From Raillietiella orientalis (lineage: Eukaryota), in NCBI GenBank assembly GCA_036172245.1, contig JAYWIR010000009.1, positions 2,976,001 to 3,040,000 of the forward strand: a stretch of DNA of 64,000 nucleotides. Reading direction: 5' to 3'. The position numbers and the translations under genes are program-made. The notes below the pieces were generated by a model. The model saw nothing but the letters and a program-made list of their open reading frames with translations, ran no database searches and was not told the origin of the DNA. Below, piece after piece: positions 62,300 through 64,000 of this stretch; within the stretch, counting starts at the first letter, position 1, and each line of letters begins with the position of its first letter.

Positions 62300-63147
62300 A
62301 CGTTACGGGCTGCTCGTGATATGTACGCGTTGATAATGTGCAAGTGGGTGAGGGCTTGTTTGGCTGGTTGTGTTGTGCGCGCGTCGCTGTACACCCCCAA
62401 GCGCGTACGGAGCGGTTCGCATCTGTATGAGTTGCGAAGATGAACTGCCGATGTACCTGGAAGCCATGAGAGGAGCCGTCGTAAGTGGCTCCAGCTGTTG
62501 TGTGTGTGTCGACCGTGTTGCCAGGTGAGTTTTTCGCGTGTGTGTGTGTGTGTGTGTGTGTGTTTTTCCTTCCTTCATCGGAGGCGCTTTACACCTAACG
62601 CCCGTTCGGACAGCGGACAGTCCTGCGAGTGCCGTTGCAGACTTGGCCGCAAATAGGCCGAGTGAAATCGAGTAGGTGCGCGTGCACGGAGAGTTTGTGC
62701 ACGAAAATTTAGCTCTCGGCACTCGTGTATTCGGAGGCTGTATTCTCTGTACCGCGTTGTTCCAGATTGCAGCTCAAGCTGCGAGTTGGGAAGATAAAGG
62801 GAACCCAAGTTTTTTTTTTTTTTTTTCCCCCCCCCCCCCCCCTACGACGTCGAGGCGCTCGGACTTTTCGTGTTCCAATGGAAAAAAAGAATGGCTTCCC
62901 GGGCTTTTTGTTTTCCCCCGTAACGGCTGCTTGCGTCTCCGGGTATCGCACCGGAGCGTGTCCCAGGGAAACGTGGCTTTCGTGCTCCCCCCCTCCCCCG
63001 CATCTCGGGTATCCTGAGCGACACTTTCCGATCCTGACAGCGTTGCTTCTTCCGCGTTTTCCCGGCATGCCGTTTCCGTTGTGAATCCTCCTCTTTCCCA
63101 AGCGAGATACAAAAGGCATCTCATATTGACGGATTCTTTTCAAACAG

Positions 63148-63285
63148 GTATGTCTGATGGATCGTCATTACATTGGAATTCACTGGAAGTCTGGAGAGAT
63201 GCCAAAGCAGCACATGCCCCTGCAGAATTCACAGGAAGAGAAGGATTTCGTGATTGACATGCTGCAGTCTGAGCTCGAAAAGCAG
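63148..63285 (+). CDS. Candidate coding exon of an unidentified gene that continues beyond the window
   Basis: TTCTTTTCAAACAG|GTATGTCTG-ATG(63157)...EEKDFVIDMLQSELEKQ|GTGTGT. The frame is open, ends in phase 0 and has a coiled-coil-like ending. Family not recognised. Confidence 0.4.
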
Positions 63286-63954
63286 GTGTGTGGAAAATTT
63301 CGCCGGTTTCGTGATCGCGGCCATTCTCTGCGGGTGTTGCGCTTCCGTATCGAAGCGCAGTGCACGGAGAGTGTTCGCGAAGGTCGCTGCTGTGGGCAGT
63401 TTATCCTTCCGGGATTTTCGCCGAGGAGTGCCTTCGGTTCGCGAGCGGTCAGTGGTGAACTCGTGGTGCCCCCGTAACATCTGAACTCTCGATGGTCATG
63501 CTGAAAACGATTGCCATCACGTAAATAGCGTCGCCTTTCCTACTCCCGAATTACTATTATTACTATTATGGCCCCCCTCCCCCTCTCATCGCGCAGCGCA
63601 ACGCGGATCTTTCATCACCTCGCAGTTGTAAGGAAAACCGTCGGCTCTTTGGCGAGGGTGCAGTCTCCCGCGGGCTTCGATGCTTATCTTCTTCCGAGCT
63701 GGCGACTGACGTTACGAAATTGCCGGAAATCAGGGAACGGAAAGGGAATTTCGTGAAATCGCAGGGACTCGCCCGTTTGCTGAATGCGATTTCACGCCGT
63801 CGTCGTAAATCCATCGAGACCGTGTGGTTGGTGGTGGACGGTCTGCTCGACGAATCGAACCCACCGTCGAGCGATTGCTTGCTCTCCACGAAAACGTCTT
63901 CCTCGAGAGTGCCACCACGGCAGGAGCGCGTCCCCGGCGAGCGACATCGGAAAA

Positions 63955-64000
<46 letters not shown>

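Noticed and set aside
1..64000. Prokaryotic systems (CRISPR array, operons, defence islands)
   Set aside because: No regularly spaced repeat-spacer array was seen; spliceosomal introns and animal genes show the DNA is eukaryotic.

Overview
Animal nuclear DNA, most like an arthropod or other ecdysozoan; it is not prokaryotic, so most six-frame ORFs are spurious products of GC-rich sequence. There are three compositional zones. (1) About 1-36.9 kb is GC/CpG-rich and holds heavily decayed transposon relics (L1/Tx1-like LINE, several hAT lineages, pogo/Tigger, maT-like mariner), an inverted pair of Tigger-like MITEs, and a stum/Spec3 gene (+, about 33.2-35.9 kb). (2) About 37-52 kb is AT-rich and CpG-poor and holds a complete 14-exon hnRNP L/smooth gene (-, 43527-37674, 514 aa), followed by an ORF-free block that looks transcribed on +. 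(3) About 53-64 kb is intermediate GC with one likely coding exon near 63.2 kb. The best finding is the splicing architecture of hnRNP L: an 80-nt frameshifting cassette exon in the intron equivalent to vertebrate intron 6, where the autoregulatory NMD exon 6A sits. The gene also has an AT-AC U12 intron, 44-49 nt micro-introns, no RRM1, two uORFs and a second candidate stop-containing exon. All homology calls come from motifs recognised by eye; no database searches were run.
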